Below, one piece after another: positions 1 to 16,078 of a stretch of DNA of 64,000 bases; positions within the stretch are counted from its first letter, which is position 1; every line of letters starts with the position of its first letter. Position numbers and translations under genes: made by a program. Origin of the DNA: Antedon mediterranea (taxonomy: Eukaryota > Animalia > Echinodermata); NCBI RefSeq assembly GCF_964355755.1, contig NC_092670.1:1044201-1108200 (forward strand), in the 5' to 3' direction. The notes beneath the pieces are model-generated. The model saw only the letters and a list, made by a program, of their open reading frames with translations, had not been told where the DNA came from and made no database searches.

Positions 1-197
1 TAAAAAGAAAAAATATTGTTTGGAATTGGTTTGTATACATTAAAGAATGGATCTCCAAATATGTATTTCTACTGAATGACAGTGTGACACTTGATCAGGC
101 ACTGGCTTCAAAAGTGGTTTAGTATAGTATATCAACAACATATAAAATGAGATTGATTAGGTAGATGAATTTATGATAGAGGAAGTTGTAAACTTAC

Positions 198-3100
198 TGG
201 CTTTGAAGATTGTCTATTTCGGATCTTAATTCTTTTTCTTGTTTACTCTGAAAAACACAAATATTAGCAATTATTAATGATTATTTAGATAATGCATATC
301 TCTTTTAAATAAATTAATATTAAGCTCTGCCTACGTTATCAAACTAGTTTGACAAAAAGGTATGATGTGCCCAAATATGATAGTGATATGACATCATCGT
401 GTCCATATATGGCACATCACATTTTTTGATAGTTTGATAGTGTGAACAGAGGTTTAGGCTTTGGTTACTTTTGATACATTCCTAATGTGTACAGTACATA
501 TATTTTACACATATTTATCGATGGTGTGAATATGGTATTATTAAACAGTATTACCATGGCTTCTTTATGTTTGTTCTTTATTTCTTGTTGCTCCTCTTTA
601 ATTTTGATGTCAGTTTCTCTAATTTGCTCTTCCATCTGGTTTAACTGCTCCCTCAAATGGGTGGTTTCAGAACGCATTTTTTGCAAGAGGTCATTTCCAG
701 ACGCTTTGACCTCTTCTAGGTCAACTACTTGATTTTCTAATTCTCTGACCTAGGGATAAAGAAAACATTTTATTGTATTGTAGATAAAGGTATTTTGTTA
801 AACCTACTGTAAGTATAGATTATTACTATAGAAATACTGTTTACTGTACCCAACTGGCCTATTGTAGCAATGTATTCTAGTTAAAGTTAGCTAGTTATCA
901 TATAATGATTAGAGTATTGTTACTGAACAATAGCAACCCCTTACCCTATCACTGAGTTCTAAGACATCACTTTCCGAGGCTGCATAATCACCGAGACCAT
1001 TAGACATGACGCCATTTTGAAGATTGTTGGATGAAGATGAACGATACAATTGGCTGAAATATTCAAGAGAAATTGAATCAGATATAGTGTCCACATTTTC
1101 ATGTCATTTATATAGAAACATACAGAACATTAATTCTAAACCGCCCGGTGATATACTGAAATTTAATTAATTAATTTTTTTTATTTTTTATTTTATTTAT
1201 TTAGGCAAATTGCCAAGGATAACCATAAGCGAATTCATTCACTATCCTTCTTAAAGGTGGCAATCCGTTCACGAGACAAACATATACACAAGATGCTCTA
1301 CATTAACAAAGTCTTTGGGAGTGGAGTTGTAAATTGTCATTAGAAAAAAATCCTGACATATGACAGGACTTGAACCCAGGACCCTTGGATTGGCAGCCAA
1401 GCATCGTAACCACCAGGCCACAACTCCACTCCAATTTGAAACGATAAAGATGAGGAAATCATATATATACAGTATATATATATATATATATATATATTTC
1501 ATTTTACATATTTGCAATTTTTTAGTACAGTAGTAGTAGTAGTTTAATATCACCTGCTGCTTTACGGATTTTTTTTTCAAGAGATAAAAACTACTACAAA
1601 ACATTTGGGCGTTTTCGAAATATTCTTCTTCTTCTTGTTAACGTTTTCCGTCTACGCTTTCCACAATTTGTTTCCATTTTTGTCTGTTTATGGCATATTG
1701 TTATTGTGTTAGTGTTTCCGAAATATATAACATCATAATTTCCTGTATTTTTTGCAATTCAATATTGTTTACCTTGCAAATTCGTTCGATGTTACTCTTC
1801 TTGTACTGAAATCAAAGATAAAAACACATTATAAAGAATATGGTATATAAAGACGTAGAGACTTCACTTAACACACCATGTAATGGATAACAGCATACAC
1901 TAATGTAAATGTGTAGTGCCATGCTAAGAATAACCACCAACTAGTGTCTTATTTCAAAGCACCTACTTAATGACATTCAGTCTATTATTTCTCAGAAAAT
2001 CAATTCAGCATTATGGTATGTTAATCATGTTTTTGAAAATAATATGAACTGAAAAAAAAAAGTTATTAAATTAAATTTTTGTTTAAACTTGATATTTCTA
2101 GAAATGCAACATCATGATTTGTTGTTGTGCAGAAAGAAATTAGTTCTAAACAGAAAAGAAAATTAATATAAAGAGCATGTTAAAATAAACTAGTTAATTA
2201 TTCTACGCTATTTTCTATCGTTAAGCATTATTTTTACCAATGTGCAGCTACAAGTGTGCAAGAAAAGTTGATTGCAGTGTAATGAAAGCAGTATGACTAT
2301 CACAACAGGGCAACCACTAGAAACATATTCCAGAATATGCTCAAAGGCGGATTCAGAAGGGGTGGGCATTCAGTATGAGTCTCCCTAAATTTCAATTTAA
2401 CTACACAATTCTAAGGCCCTTGGCTCGTATTTCAAAATTTTGAACTGATGTTTTAGGCCAGTATTTAATTGGTAGGTATAGTACTAATAGCTATTCCAAT
2501 CAAAAACATGTTATTATCGTTTCTATCAAAAAGTTATGCAGTTTATTTTATCAAAAGAAACAAAATGGAAATATGTTGACGGATGAAAACAAATATTCTC
2601 TGAGCATTTAAGTACTCTCTATTAAAAAATAGACATAAATACAATGAAACTAAATTACTTTAACTAAGTATGTGTTGAGAGCTGCATAAATCTACATCAA
2701 CATCTGATGTAATAACAATTGGTTTGAGGCATTCATTTCTATCATCTTAATGAATGCAGTCTACATTTATTCTCATTTATTTATAATCACATTACAATTA
2801 GTCATCTATCACAACTAGCAACAACACAAGAGATACTGTAAGTAATTAGCAACAACACAAGAGATACTGTAAGTAATTAGCAATAATACTAAATATGGAC
2901 ACTAAACGTTGGATAGATTGTAAGCTACTGTAAGCTGCATACTGTAGTAATATAATGATTAAGTTAAATTGTACTATGATTGCTTGTCTACCAATCCAAG
3001 ATGCTAGGTTTAAATCATATTGTCTTCATGAAAATAAACAAGCTGATATTTATTAAGTGCAATTGTACTATGATGCCTTGGTGGTTTCAGTGCTATTGTC

Positions 3101-6100
3101 CTTTTGATAAAATAATAGAATAGAAGTGTCATTGTTTTGTCAAACTGTATTGATATGAGGGCACTAATGATCAGCTTTGGCAGGATGGACCACCCTCGTA
3201 AAATATTGTTGAAAATAAATAAATAACTTGTTGTAGTGCTTGTTATAGGATATTTAGGTACAGTAGATAGAATTTGGTGAATGTTTGTTATGTTAGGAGT
3301 GTGACTGTTCATATTGGCAATAACTGGCAATGCCCCTAAATAAATAAGACCAATCTATTGTGGCCTTACAAAAGCACATAACACCGTACACAATTAACCA
3401 AACAAGCAGAAAACACAGAGAACAACAGAAAAATGGTTAGTTATTATTAAAACAGCCAAAACATTTATACACAAGACAATATACTTTAATAAGAACCCAT
3501 TAAGATTTACCGAAGACTAGAATACTGGCGGCTCCCTCGCTTGAAGCTAGAATGTAGAAAAAAAATCATGCAGTTAGTATGATCATGCAACAGAAGAAAT
3601 GTATAAACACAGGTACAAAACAACAATATGGAAACAGTAAAAACAGTTAAAATACAAAATAAAAAATTCCTATGATAGATAAAATATCTGAAATAATACA
3701 AAATAAAAATTAGAAAAATAATGATGGCATTGGATATTTTTTGTTATTCAAATATGTTAAACTAATTGAAGAAAAATAATGTTTAGATTGTTTTAACTTT
3801 TGTTATCAGTTAGTATTGCAACAAGAAAAAGTGCTATTAAAAAACCACTCCTTAAAAGGAAGTATTGGTTGTTCTTTTTTAAAACATTGTGTCGACAGCC
3901 TAATTACATACAAGAGTGTGTGCCCATACTGTAATTAAAAACAACGTCACTAACAAAAATAATATATAGGTACATGTAATTTTAGATTTGATTAAACATT
4001 TTCATCCGGTTTTGAATATCCATGAGTTAGCTAACTTTTGGTTTTTGCAAAAAGAACTACTACAGTAACTCATAATTTTAGATTGTTAAATTTGTTTTGA
4101 TTTGGTAGTTTTTCAATAAAGATTTTCTTTTTAAAGTTAATAATGGTGGTTTTCCATTAGAAAGAAGGATATCATATCTATTAAAAGTTTAGATACCCGT
4201 TATATTGTTCACACTTAGACCACACGTCACGCTTGAGAGTAACGAGTCGACGGTCCTGACAAACGACTGTGCTGTGAAAAGATTGCGAAAGGTATGTTAG
4301 TAACACTGCAACCTACAATATACACTTCCAACAGACATGTGATACCTACAAACGCTAATGATACAAGAATTACAAAACGACCTGAACATGTATTATAGTT
4401 ACATAACATGAGACACAGTTATTGGTAGGTTTGAGAAGGTGCTGGAAACAAACAAAAAATATACTGTAACTATATACAAAAATTCTGTTTGTTTAAAATC
4501 CCATGTAAAAGGCACATTTGTTCCTTCCTTCCTACAGTATGGTAATAACTCCCAGACTGCACACTCCTCCAAAAACTTGTTTTAAAGTAGATCTTAATAA
4601 CAATTACTTTTCAATTTTTATAGATGTACCAAAAATAAAGTATAAAACTCTGTTTACACTAGCAAACTAGTTTGATAAAAAAAAGTGTGATGTGCCCAAA
4701 TATGGTAGTAATATCATCATGTCTATACATGGGCACATCACATTTTGTTGACACATAAAGTTCGATAGTGTAGACAGAGCTTTAAACTTTTTTTACACCT
4801 ACTGTATACTATTATTCATATACCAGTGACTATCCTACAAGTAAATTTATGTTAATTTTAGTAATTAAAAACATTATTTCTCAATGAGAGTAGGTGCAGT
4901 GCATAGAGTGTAATTAGTAACACATTGTTTACCTTGTAGTGGCTATAGACTCAGTATCTTTATCAATATCTTCAATGTATACTTGTACTGGGCTAGTACT
5001 ATCCAAGTCACATTCTATATCTGTGTTTTCCCCATAGTCTTCGTACTGTTCTTCATCATCGGTGAAAGATTTACTAAGAATACTATCAAAATCCGTTCTG
5101 TTGGAAAAAAATGTCATTTGATTTATATTCTCTTATACACACTAATCTTGCTTGTATTTTTGTACTTTAAAACGATGTGCAGTATTGTATATGTATTTTT
5201 GTGTTTTAAATGATATATTTTATCAGTATTTTAGCAAATCTTGTTTACTCTTTACTAATTTTTAAATTTGTATGTGAATTTTTAACTAACGAAAATAATG
5301 TCAAACCATGTACTAAAATATTCTACTGAGTTTGACCTTAACTAAATGAAATAATATAGAAGTTATACAATTATTGCATGTGCAAAATTATGTTTCTAAA
5401 TATTATAAAACAAAAATTTTGGTGTCAAGTAATCAGAGTTTAAATACTGTATTTAGGATGAGTCAAATGTAAACTTTATTATCAAAATATTTGTCATTTC
5501 CATCTGCCAAAACTTCTTTCATAAAATGCAGTTGGTGTTAACACAATACAAGCTTGATGTCATTTGGCACACACTTCATTAACAATCTACAATTCCTCAC
5601 TTATTCTTCAATTATCTTATAATTTGTATAAAAAATAAAACTTTTGATTTCCTGAAAAGGGACAAAACTAATTATTTTGATTGTTTCCTAAAAAAGGATC
5701 ATTACAAATTGGCAGTTTCAGGGTGAATCCTGGATTTAGAAAACTAATTCAGTTTTCACTATTTCTTTCAGTTTGTTGATGAATGTGAATAAAATACCTC
5801 AATCTAGTCATCCCATTGGCTATTGCACTATCATCATCATCGCCGTCTATTGATTGGCCTGTTCCTTCGCTTAAGAACGGGCTTGCAACAATGTTTTCTT
5901 CACTCATGTCGGTCATGACGCTATCGTCATATTCATTATACGTGCTAGCGGTAGAATTCTGGAAAAAAAATGTATAAATTGTTTTTAACTTTTACATAAT
6001 GAGAAGTAAAACATGGAAAAATTCTAGTATTCTGGGGTCAAATCATTTTTTCAGACATTTTCTGATACTGTCTACAGTAGCAGTACCATTAAGTACTGTA

Positions 6101-9100
6101 GCCTGAAAACAAACACTCACGTAATTGTAAACTTCAGATATTCTATATCTGAAAAAGGGGGAAAAGAGTTTACCCACGGTACCTTTTAAATGACTGGTAA
6201 CTTCCCTTCAACTTAATCACACATTATAGAAAACAAAAAAGGGTGTTTCCCATTTCAAATGAATTATTATCATAACATAAAGCAGATAAATACAATGACA
6301 ATAGAAGCGTGATAAGTATCTGTTGACCTGACAATCTTTACCTACTGACTGTATTTTGATACTTAAGTCAATACGATTAGTTTGGGTAAAGGAAGAAATG
6401 AAATGCTATTCAAATTAAAACATATAAAAATCTCCTAAATCTACTGTACTAGATTATATACAGAAAGCCTTTTCAAATACAATCATGTACAGTATTGCAA
6501 TAGAGTAAATTGTGGCTTTCTTGATACTATTCTCGATAAAAAAAAACTGGTATTAATGTGGTAGAAACAGGATATGAACCTGGGACCTTTTCAATTAAGG
6601 AAGCCAGTAAGTTGTTAACCACAGGGTAATAGATTGATGATAGCCTACAGTACATACAAGCTATACTAGTAGGCCAGGTAGACTTACCTGATACACAAAT
6701 TACAATACTAAACAGCAGACCAGCAATTCATAACTACTCCACATTAATAATTAATATCAATGATTGAACTCAAATTACCATGCCATATGTTTTATGACAA
6801 TGTTTATGTTGAATACTTTATGGACAAAATGGGAGTATCCTCTGAATGAGTCAGTTCACTAACAACATACTGCCTAAATAAACAGAATTTGAAGTAAATA
6901 CTTTGTATGGCCGTGTTTCATGTTTTCTAATTTAGGCTAATTTCTCTATCTATATTATCTCTCTTTATTGTATAACAACGAAGGTTGAATCTGTCACGAC
7001 CACTTTGGATTAACAGAATACAGTATTTTTTGATTGAATACTATATATTAAGTTAATTTAAATAATTTAGTGTAGGTTCCCATTAACAAGAACATAACAG
7101 CAGTCGCTAAAGATTATAAAATTGAAAATAAAACATCTAGATTGTCAATCACCAAATACCTGTTTTATGTAAAGATATTATAATCCAAAATACAGAGATA
7201 TGTTGAGAGCAAATGAAACACAGCACAAGTGACGTTCAGCAAACTAAAGCAATGTATGAACTTCGCACCGGCTTATTTACATGGCACTCTTATGATGGTA
7301 GGTATTAGATTGCTCATTACTATATAAACAAACGGTTGACTTCCGCCAAATGATACTTCATTAAAATACATTCACAGCAGTAGACCACTACTACTATGTA
7401 GAGAGGTTCAAGGAATACAGGGAAGTTATGCACCCTTTGTTTTAAATTAATCATTAAACACTGTCTAAATACCATATGGAATATGAAATGGTATTTTATT
7501 TTATTTATTCCTAAGTTTCAGTGAAACATAAAAAGGGAGCACTGAGGAGAGAGCTGTCAAAGACAACTATCACCAAAGGACGTGTCTCTCCAACTCCAGA
7601 CAAACAATACAAGCAAACTAAAATAAAGAATTAAAAAGAAAGACTATATGTACAATATTACAATCATTATTTATTGTAAAACAGTTCTGGATTCTAGAGT
7701 TTGTTTATATCATTACTGTTGCTTTTCCATCATTGCAATACATAGGCCCTATAGTAACCCTACACTACAGTACATAAGTTACTGCACTAACGTCCAGCAT
7801 TTAATGCAGTGCAGTGCCATACTATATGAATACATTGCAACAGGCCTTGTCCTACAACATAATAAGTTACTGCACTAAAGTCCAGCATTTAATGCAGTGC
7901 AGTGCCATACTATATGAATACATAGCAACAAGCCTTGTCCTACAACATAATAAGTTACTGCCCGTCCAGCATTTAATGCAGTGCAGTGCCATACTATATG
8001 AATACATTGCAACAGGCCTTGTCCTACAACATAAGTTACTGCCTGTCCAGCATTTAATGCAGTCCAGTGCCATACTATATGAATACATTGCAACAGGCCT
8101 TGTCCTACAACATAGTAAGTTACTGCACTAACGTCCAGCATTTAATGCAGTGCAGTGCCATACTATATGAATACATTGCAACAGGCCTTGTCCTACAACA
8201 TATAATAAGTTACTGCACTAAAGTCCAGCATTTAACAATACCATACCTATGTATACACTAAGTACATTACCTCACCATCACTATTCATTGTATTATTGTT
8301 GTTTTTCAAGTCTGTATTCAAGTGCTAGAATAAATATAAACTGTTCCTGTTATTATCACCAATATCTTCACTGTTAAAGGAAGCTGTCTACTAAAACCAA
8401 GAAACCTTGTATACAACACCTACAAGTTGTACACTAAATATAGAGGTCATGACCTTTGCGGCTTTTATAAACAATTCAGTGAAAACATTATCCCCTGTGG
8501 ATTGACTCCGGCCTATTAACAATAAATTAGAATAATGGCTAGTATTAGCACCTATAGAGTGTTTACCTAACAGACAATTACATGGGCCCTGGCAGTAATT
8601 CACAGTCATTTTATTCAATATTCATTGACAATATTGTACAATAAATTTAAAATTAATGGCTAAATACTCAATAAGATAAAAATAATTTTAGTAGTTTTAC
8701 CAGGTAATTCAGGTTACCCACCTCTTCTTGATTATAAAAACCTGAACAGTTAATTTGTAGACATGTGTTAATAGGATTTAATATTTAGAAAGAATATAAA
8801 AAAACGTTCTGTTTTTACTTCTTTTTTCCTCACAAATCCAGTCTTTGTGGACACCCTGCCATTTCCAAGGGCCTTTCTCTTTTCAGTTAAACTGGCATAC
8901 CATTTTGTACAGTACTTGTTTGATACATCTGGACTAAAATAATAATATCAATTCTAGTCATAGTATTCCTAGTATAATGAAATTATCTTTTAGATTCACC
9001 TACTCTATCTAGTGATTTACCTCTTTATCTTCTATACAATTCTATACTTCTTGATCTTTTACATACTGTATTCACTGATTTTCTCTTCAGAATATAAATT

Positions 9101-12100
9101 TAATACTAAGGCATTTAACCTACGAAGGGTGTATTATTATTATTAAATAGCTTTGCTTTTCCTGTGGAGAAGTATGGTGTGGGAATTACCGGAAAAGACG
9201 TTTCAAGATTGCATCCTAGTTGTCAACAATTCTAATAATGAATAGCATGAGATTTTTAACAACCCTAATACTGTTTTATGAAGATATTATCAAATGTCTA
9301 AGTGTAATTATGAAAATTTACTGAAAAATATAAATTATATCCGTTCTGTTAATAAATTAATTTTGTCTTTGACTTTTCTACACACAGTATCTACAGTAAT
9401 ATAATTGGTAAATGCATATTATTTTTACGATAAATTTTTCTTAAAATTCTGATTTGATTTCATTTTAATAAACAACTCCTGTCAACCTTGATTTAAGAAT
9501 AAACACTTTCGTTCCTTTCATTAAATTTAGAGCCTATTGCTATTTCAGTACCGTACTAATAATTAAAAAACCTAATTTCAGAATACTCAAATATCTATTT
9601 CATTTTTTACAGTAAGTGCTTGTACAGTAGTTTCATCAATATCCTTACTACTATATGAGTTTTACATGGTATACATGGCTAGCAATGCTACTCCTAGCAA
9701 ACAAGTTGATACTGATGATGTAACGGTAGAACTTAAGATCTTGCAAGTTTACAATAGAATTTAGAGCATTTTGTGAAAAGGCACAATCTCACTCAGAGCA
9801 CAACTCCCTGCACAGAGGTTTGAGAATGATCTAAAACAGTGCAGGAAAAAAAAACTAGAAAAGAAAATAAACATCTGAGCACCAGAGTACATCACCAGAC
9901 CTAACATAATATAAATGTGTTTATATTAAACAGTGAAAACATCCTTAAAAACTGTTTGAACAACTACTGTATACACCACTCACCATTACATGTGGTACAA
10001 CTACTGTATACACCACTCACCATTACATGTGGTACCAAATAAATCAAAGTACAACAACTTAGTATATCATCCTTTTACACTGCATAAAACTGTAAGCATC
10101 TTACTTAGCTAATGCTAGAAAATGAAAACCTGTTCTTAATTCTCACTGTGAGAAATTAATTTGCATGACAATTGACAAGCTTGAATAACATGCTTAACAC
10201 AGGGAGCAGACTGGATAGTAATCAATACAGCCTATAGATTGGATCTATTCAAACGCTATAGTGATAATTTAACCTGGGACAATATAATTGATTGGATCAT
10301 GATTGGATCTATCTAAATGCTATATTTGCACCATCTGTAATAACAGTAGGTCCTAATTGGATTACCAGAATGATACCAAATAGTAAATACATGAAACTTT
10401 TTGCCTGGTGCAATGAAGCAGTATCTAATTCCAAGGGTACTGTAGATTGTATCTGTTGAAATGCTATTACATAGTTATTAGAATTATATTAATAAGCAAC
10501 AGGCTTTTGGCATTGACACTTGATGTTTTTAGCATTACAAATACAAGCAGTGAATAAATGCAAAATATGCAAGATTAATTTCCAAGGACAATGAATATTA
10601 AAGACATAGTGGCATAAAAATGTGAAAGTAAAACAAAATGTAAATTTTAAATTGCTAAACGAACAGAAAACAGTAAAACAATTAATTAATTACTTCTGAT
10701 TATTTATTTATATTTTCATTGCTTTATTTTTATTTAAATAAAAAAAACTAACCCAGATTATTCTATGATTTTTAGAAGGCACTATTTTGACTTATTTTAT
10801 GGTTTTTCTGTGGCCATGAATTAAGCATCTGCACGTGCATAATTTAATAAACCGCCAAATGGTGGTTCCTAGTACAATTTGGTCATGTTGATACACTATG
10901 TGTATGGATGCGTGCTATAGGTATATAAAGAAACTATGTATAGATAGAAACTCAAACAAACTGAAATTTCAACAGAACCATGGATGTTTTTAGGTCAGAA
11001 TTTTTAGACTGAATGGAAGAATTTGTGAGTGCAATGATGGCACAAAGTAACCCTGCACAGTTAAACCCCTTTTACATACCTTTGAGACTGCATTAACAAG
11101 TACATATCCAACGCACACAACAGCACACACGTACATCCAATTATGAAGAAAGAGTATAGAGAACGCTGACACTGCCAAATGATCACCCCACCCTTTTAAA
11201 GGCATCAGTTCGAGTGATTCTGAACAATTTTGTCCCGTCATTCGCTACGTCAATCTTACCACAACTAAGACTTTTACTATCGTGAACTGGACACAAGTTG
11301 CTAAATAGAGCTGTACATAGTAGATAATAAGGTCTTTCTGTAGCTTCTTCTATGATCTTTTAATATTATTACTTTGTGAACTGGACACAAGTTACTAAAT
11401 TGAGCTGTATATTTAGTAGATGATGGAAGTCTTTCTGTAGCTTCTTCTATGATCTTTTAATATTATTACTTTGTGAACTGGACAGAAGTTGCTAAATGGA
11501 GCTGTATATTTAGTAGATGATGGAAGTCTTTCTGTAGCTTCTTCTATGATCTTTTAATATTATTACTTTGTGAACTGGACAGAAGTTGCTAAATGGAGCT
11601 GTATATTTAGTAGATGATGGAAGTCTTTCTGTAGCTTCTTCTATGATCTTTTAACTGGACAGAAGTTGCTAAATGGAGCTAGTACATTAGTAATAGTAGT
11701 GACAGTTCTTTCAAGAAATGCAGTAGATCATCAAAGTTTTCTGTGATCTACTTCTTTCAAGAAATAGTATAGCATGCAATCTTTTCCATTTCAGTTCAAG
11801 TAGGCCTACTGTACACATAGCAATTTCAGAAAACTTTAGCCTCTGTACAATTACCAATTACTGACCCCTATTGCAATCCAGTAATAGTCATGTAATCATT
11901 TCACATCGAAGTTGGATGCAGATTGAAATTAGTACATAATATCCATTAATAATCAGAATATATTGTTGAAAATCTGTAAGATGTCAGAAAGCATGCACAG
12001 CAAATGTCAAGCTACTGTATAGTTTCACATTCTAAAAGTACCAGTAATTATTCCGTGCAGTTTTTGTCGAAATTTGCCAAATACTATAATACACTTTGCT

Positions 12101-15100
12101 AAAGATCACATGCATACATATCATTATACCCTATCAGGTTTGTGACGATAGGAACTATCAATTGAACAGTTTGCAGTAATGATGATTGATAATAATCAAA
12201 AATTTGCAATTTGCTAATATTTCAGGAGATAAGATACTGTATTAACCAGGTCAAAACTATAAGACAGCAAAGTGTATTACAATAAATACACAGAAATCAG
12301 GTTTGATAGAATTACTCTTTCTATTCAAACAACCACTTTCTACAGTTTGGAAGTTCGACAAGTGTTAAAATAGTGCAATTCACTCACAAGCTACTGTACA
12401 ACAATTTTAAAGTATTTATCAATTTAAAATAGAATGTTGCTTCTGACATTTTTTTTATAGAGCAACACTTTTATTTACAGCATTTAACAACATGCCTGGT
12501 ATTTTAAACTGCATCCTGATTCTTAAATTGCACTTATATAAATGTCAGATATCATTCCTGTCACCACATGTAACTGGCCAATACATTATGTCATATGTCA
12601 GGACTTGTGCTACACTCTATGCATTAGGACTAACTTGTGCTACAATATGCATTAGTTAATTGAATATTCCTTTAGATGTAAGGCATCACAAAATTGAAGA
12701 GCTCTAATGACAAATTGACAATCACATTATTGAGAATATGCCGTATAAATCTAGTAACATCCAATATCAAAAGAGAACAAATCTTGAAATAAGAAAATGT
12801 ATTCTAATAGCAGCATTACCAAAGATCAAACACAGCAAACAGTAAAATAGATTAAAGCAAAATTTCAGTAATAATTCAATATCAAATTAAAAAACAGTCA
12901 ATTCTTGATCGACATTAAAGAGAGACAGCAGGTGTGTAACATTAAAATGTTTGTTTTCGATCTTGCAGTCTAATTTTGTTAAGATGTCTTGAAACAGCAA
13001 AACCTGGATGAAGTTTGAAGCTCAACAGAAAAAACAAACAATAGCTGCAATATTCATATCAAAATTCTAGTGACTGCAAATTATAATTAGCTTTGTTACC
13101 CTTGGCAACATATCAAGAGTCTTAAGTCCACAAGAATAATCATCAGCATTTTATTACATCTGTACCCAGTGAAATTTACTACATAAGATTATTATTTTTG
13201 AGCAAACTACTGTTTAGCAGATGAAAAAACGTCACTAGTGTAGTAGCAGACGACAAAATTGTACTGTAGTATCGTCTGCTCACCAAACCATACACCGGAT
13301 CAATACTATAAATCTTTTACAATACAAAGCTTTTCAGGTAGGACAATTGGAAGAGGAAAACCGTTAAAAAAAGATGGGTCGGAGTGACAATGACCCCAGG
13401 TCCAATCACACAATTTTGAATGGAATTATAGAACTTTTTCATGCATGGATGATTCTAGAAATTCCCACTCAATAAACTAAATAATAGTCTGATAATAGTT
13501 GCACAATGAATTCATAATAAAAAAGTAAAAATCAACAATTCAATTGTCTTTGTTTTATGTGGATGGTATGATTCAACTGTGAGATTACTGCATACTGTAT
13601 GCACTCAACAAGTAGGCCCATGTCATCATTAATGGTGAGGTATGCATGAGCGTTGTTGCCCACCTGAGGGCATGGTACACTATAGCTTGGAGGGAATTTT
13701 TAAAAATTGTTTTCACTTTTTGAGTTCTTGAAGGGGAAAAGGCCTATGTCGATTTATCCAGGTAAGCTAGTCACGTAATAGACTAATTGCTATAGGTCAC
13801 TAAAAAAGCACTCCACTAAAAAAATGGGTGGTAATTGGAAAGATTTCATAAAATTATAACATGTTATATATTTTTAAAAATAGGTTTCAATTCGAAAGAT
13901 ACCCATGTACGCCAATATCATTTTATTTTAGCCGAAATAACTGTTTAGAACAAGTTGATTGAAATGATTAAACTAAATGTGGTGATCTACAAATAATAAC
14001 AATTATGATGAAATTGATTTTATACTATTTGTTGGTATTGAATGTTTAGAAGCAAAATATCTGAATGTGTGATTCACGGATGAGACATATGGTTTAAGTC
14101 AACAATAAAATAAATCAATAAATTGAGTTTGATTCACAGATTGATATTATAGTATTTAACCTATTTATACATTTTTTCGTATATGTAGAGGTTCTTGAAC
14201 ATTAAACAAAAACAATAGTTTGGCTGCTGACATTTGTAATCTTCCTATAATCAGTTCCTGTTTCAAGTCTATTTATTACTTTATAACTTAATAGAGGGGG
14301 CTATAACCATACTTAATTTGACCGAAAAATTGTTTTATGAGTTCAGAATCCACTTTACTAAAGATTGCTTTTGTGTTTATGGAGTTTGGATTATAGTACT
14401 CTTTACTGGGAAGATAGGAAGAATGTTATATAATTTTGTTATTGAATTTCATTTAATGATAATTGTTTTATAATTTTTATATTTAGAATAAAATTGATGT
14501 ATTGTATGTATTGAGATGATATAAAGTATATTTAATTACAATTTCCTTGACAACACTAATTGTATTCATGGGTCATTCCATCTCAGATCACCCAATGAGT
14601 TAAACCCTACCTCTTCCAATTTTGATGAAATTTGGTATATGGGTGATTCATAGCAATTAAAGTCAAAATTTCAAATTTTAACTTTATCGGACCAACGGTT
14701 TTCGAGATATCGCAATTTCAATTTTCGGTTTTTACGCAAAAAAGGGCGCGTCCGCCACGTTTCAAAGAGCTGTATCTCGGGAACTATAGGTTCAATTTTA
14801 AAAGCAAAGGTATTTTTGTAAAGGGGAGACCATAAGGAATCTAAATATACTAATTGTGTGTGTTTTATGTTAATTTTAAGTTTAATAAAACTTTGAAATA
14901 TATTTTGACCTTGAAATTGACACCGTGGAACACGCCCGATTTGTTGGTGACTATCACGAAAAATGTAGCCCTACGTGTCAACTACAACATATAAAAAAAT
15001 TGGAGGGGTTTTTTTCTTTGTTTCCATGAAATTACAATTTGAAGTTGACATACCTCTTCCTTTTAGTGTATTTTTTGGTGTTGTTATATACTTATACACA

Positions 15101-16044
15101 GTGTGAACACTAACTGTTAAGGTGTCTTATTGTTACGCTTTCTCATCAGGCCCACTTAAACACTACAGTAGATATATTTTGATATGAGAAATACTGGGTA
15201 ACTCACATACTTTTCAAATCAATTTTGACACATAGTTTAGTGTCCTTACTATGTTATTTTAGTGTATTTTGGTGTCTGTCCATGCATTACTTCAATGTCA
15301 ATTTGATGTATTCCAAAAATAATTTTATTTACAAACTAAATATTATTATAATGTTACAATTGTCTATGTCTGGCCTTTACTCCTTGTCATCTGGCCAATT
15401 CAAACAGTATTTAGAAATGTTGTGGCGTTCATTTTGGGAAATTACTGTAATTCCTAGTCGAAGAGGATTTTATAAACGGAGAGGCTATAATACAATGTAC
15501 ATTTGATTCAGGAATCCAACAACAGTCTTCTTTGGACGGCCAATAAAAGATTTTCGCTGGCCCATGAGGATGCATAAATTTAATTTGATAATCCCCAAAC
15601 TCTTCTGAGACATCCACAACCAAATGGGACACCATCATAACTACAGCACACAAATTCTGAAGTCTAATAATGGTGGGTTGTGTATCAGCAACAATTTCAT
15701 TTTCATCACTGAAAGATTCTTGAATCACTACCACATCCGGAGGGTTTATCTGGGTACTAAGTTTGTAGACCTGCATCTGTGCCAGATAAACGTGAACAAA
15801 GCGATGATATTGTAATGTACCCTTGATGGTCTGGGCGAGGTTGAATCTCGGCTTTATTTCTTTTTCCACAGTAGATACCTCATCTATTCCCACATGAAAA
15901 AAGTTGATGCCTGGAATGTCCATATGAGCGAGTCATATGGCCGAGCGGTTAAGGCAGGGGCGTCGTTTACCGTACCTAAAGAGCCAACAACAACATCGGC
16001 AAGGGTTCGAGGCCGACTCGCTCCTAGTTCTGGTGGTGGAACAA

Positions 16045-16078
<34 letters not shown>

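Noticed and set aside
3010-3335. 106-aa minus-strand ORF as an extra Rab11-FIP exon
   Set aside because: The nearest acceptor gives a phase incompatible with flanking exons (stop in the required frame) and no clear donor was found.
7648-8261. Overlapping repetitive ORFs; CRISPR-like periodicity
   Set aside because: Plain minisatellite with no unique spacers, no cas genes, in a eukaryotic intron.
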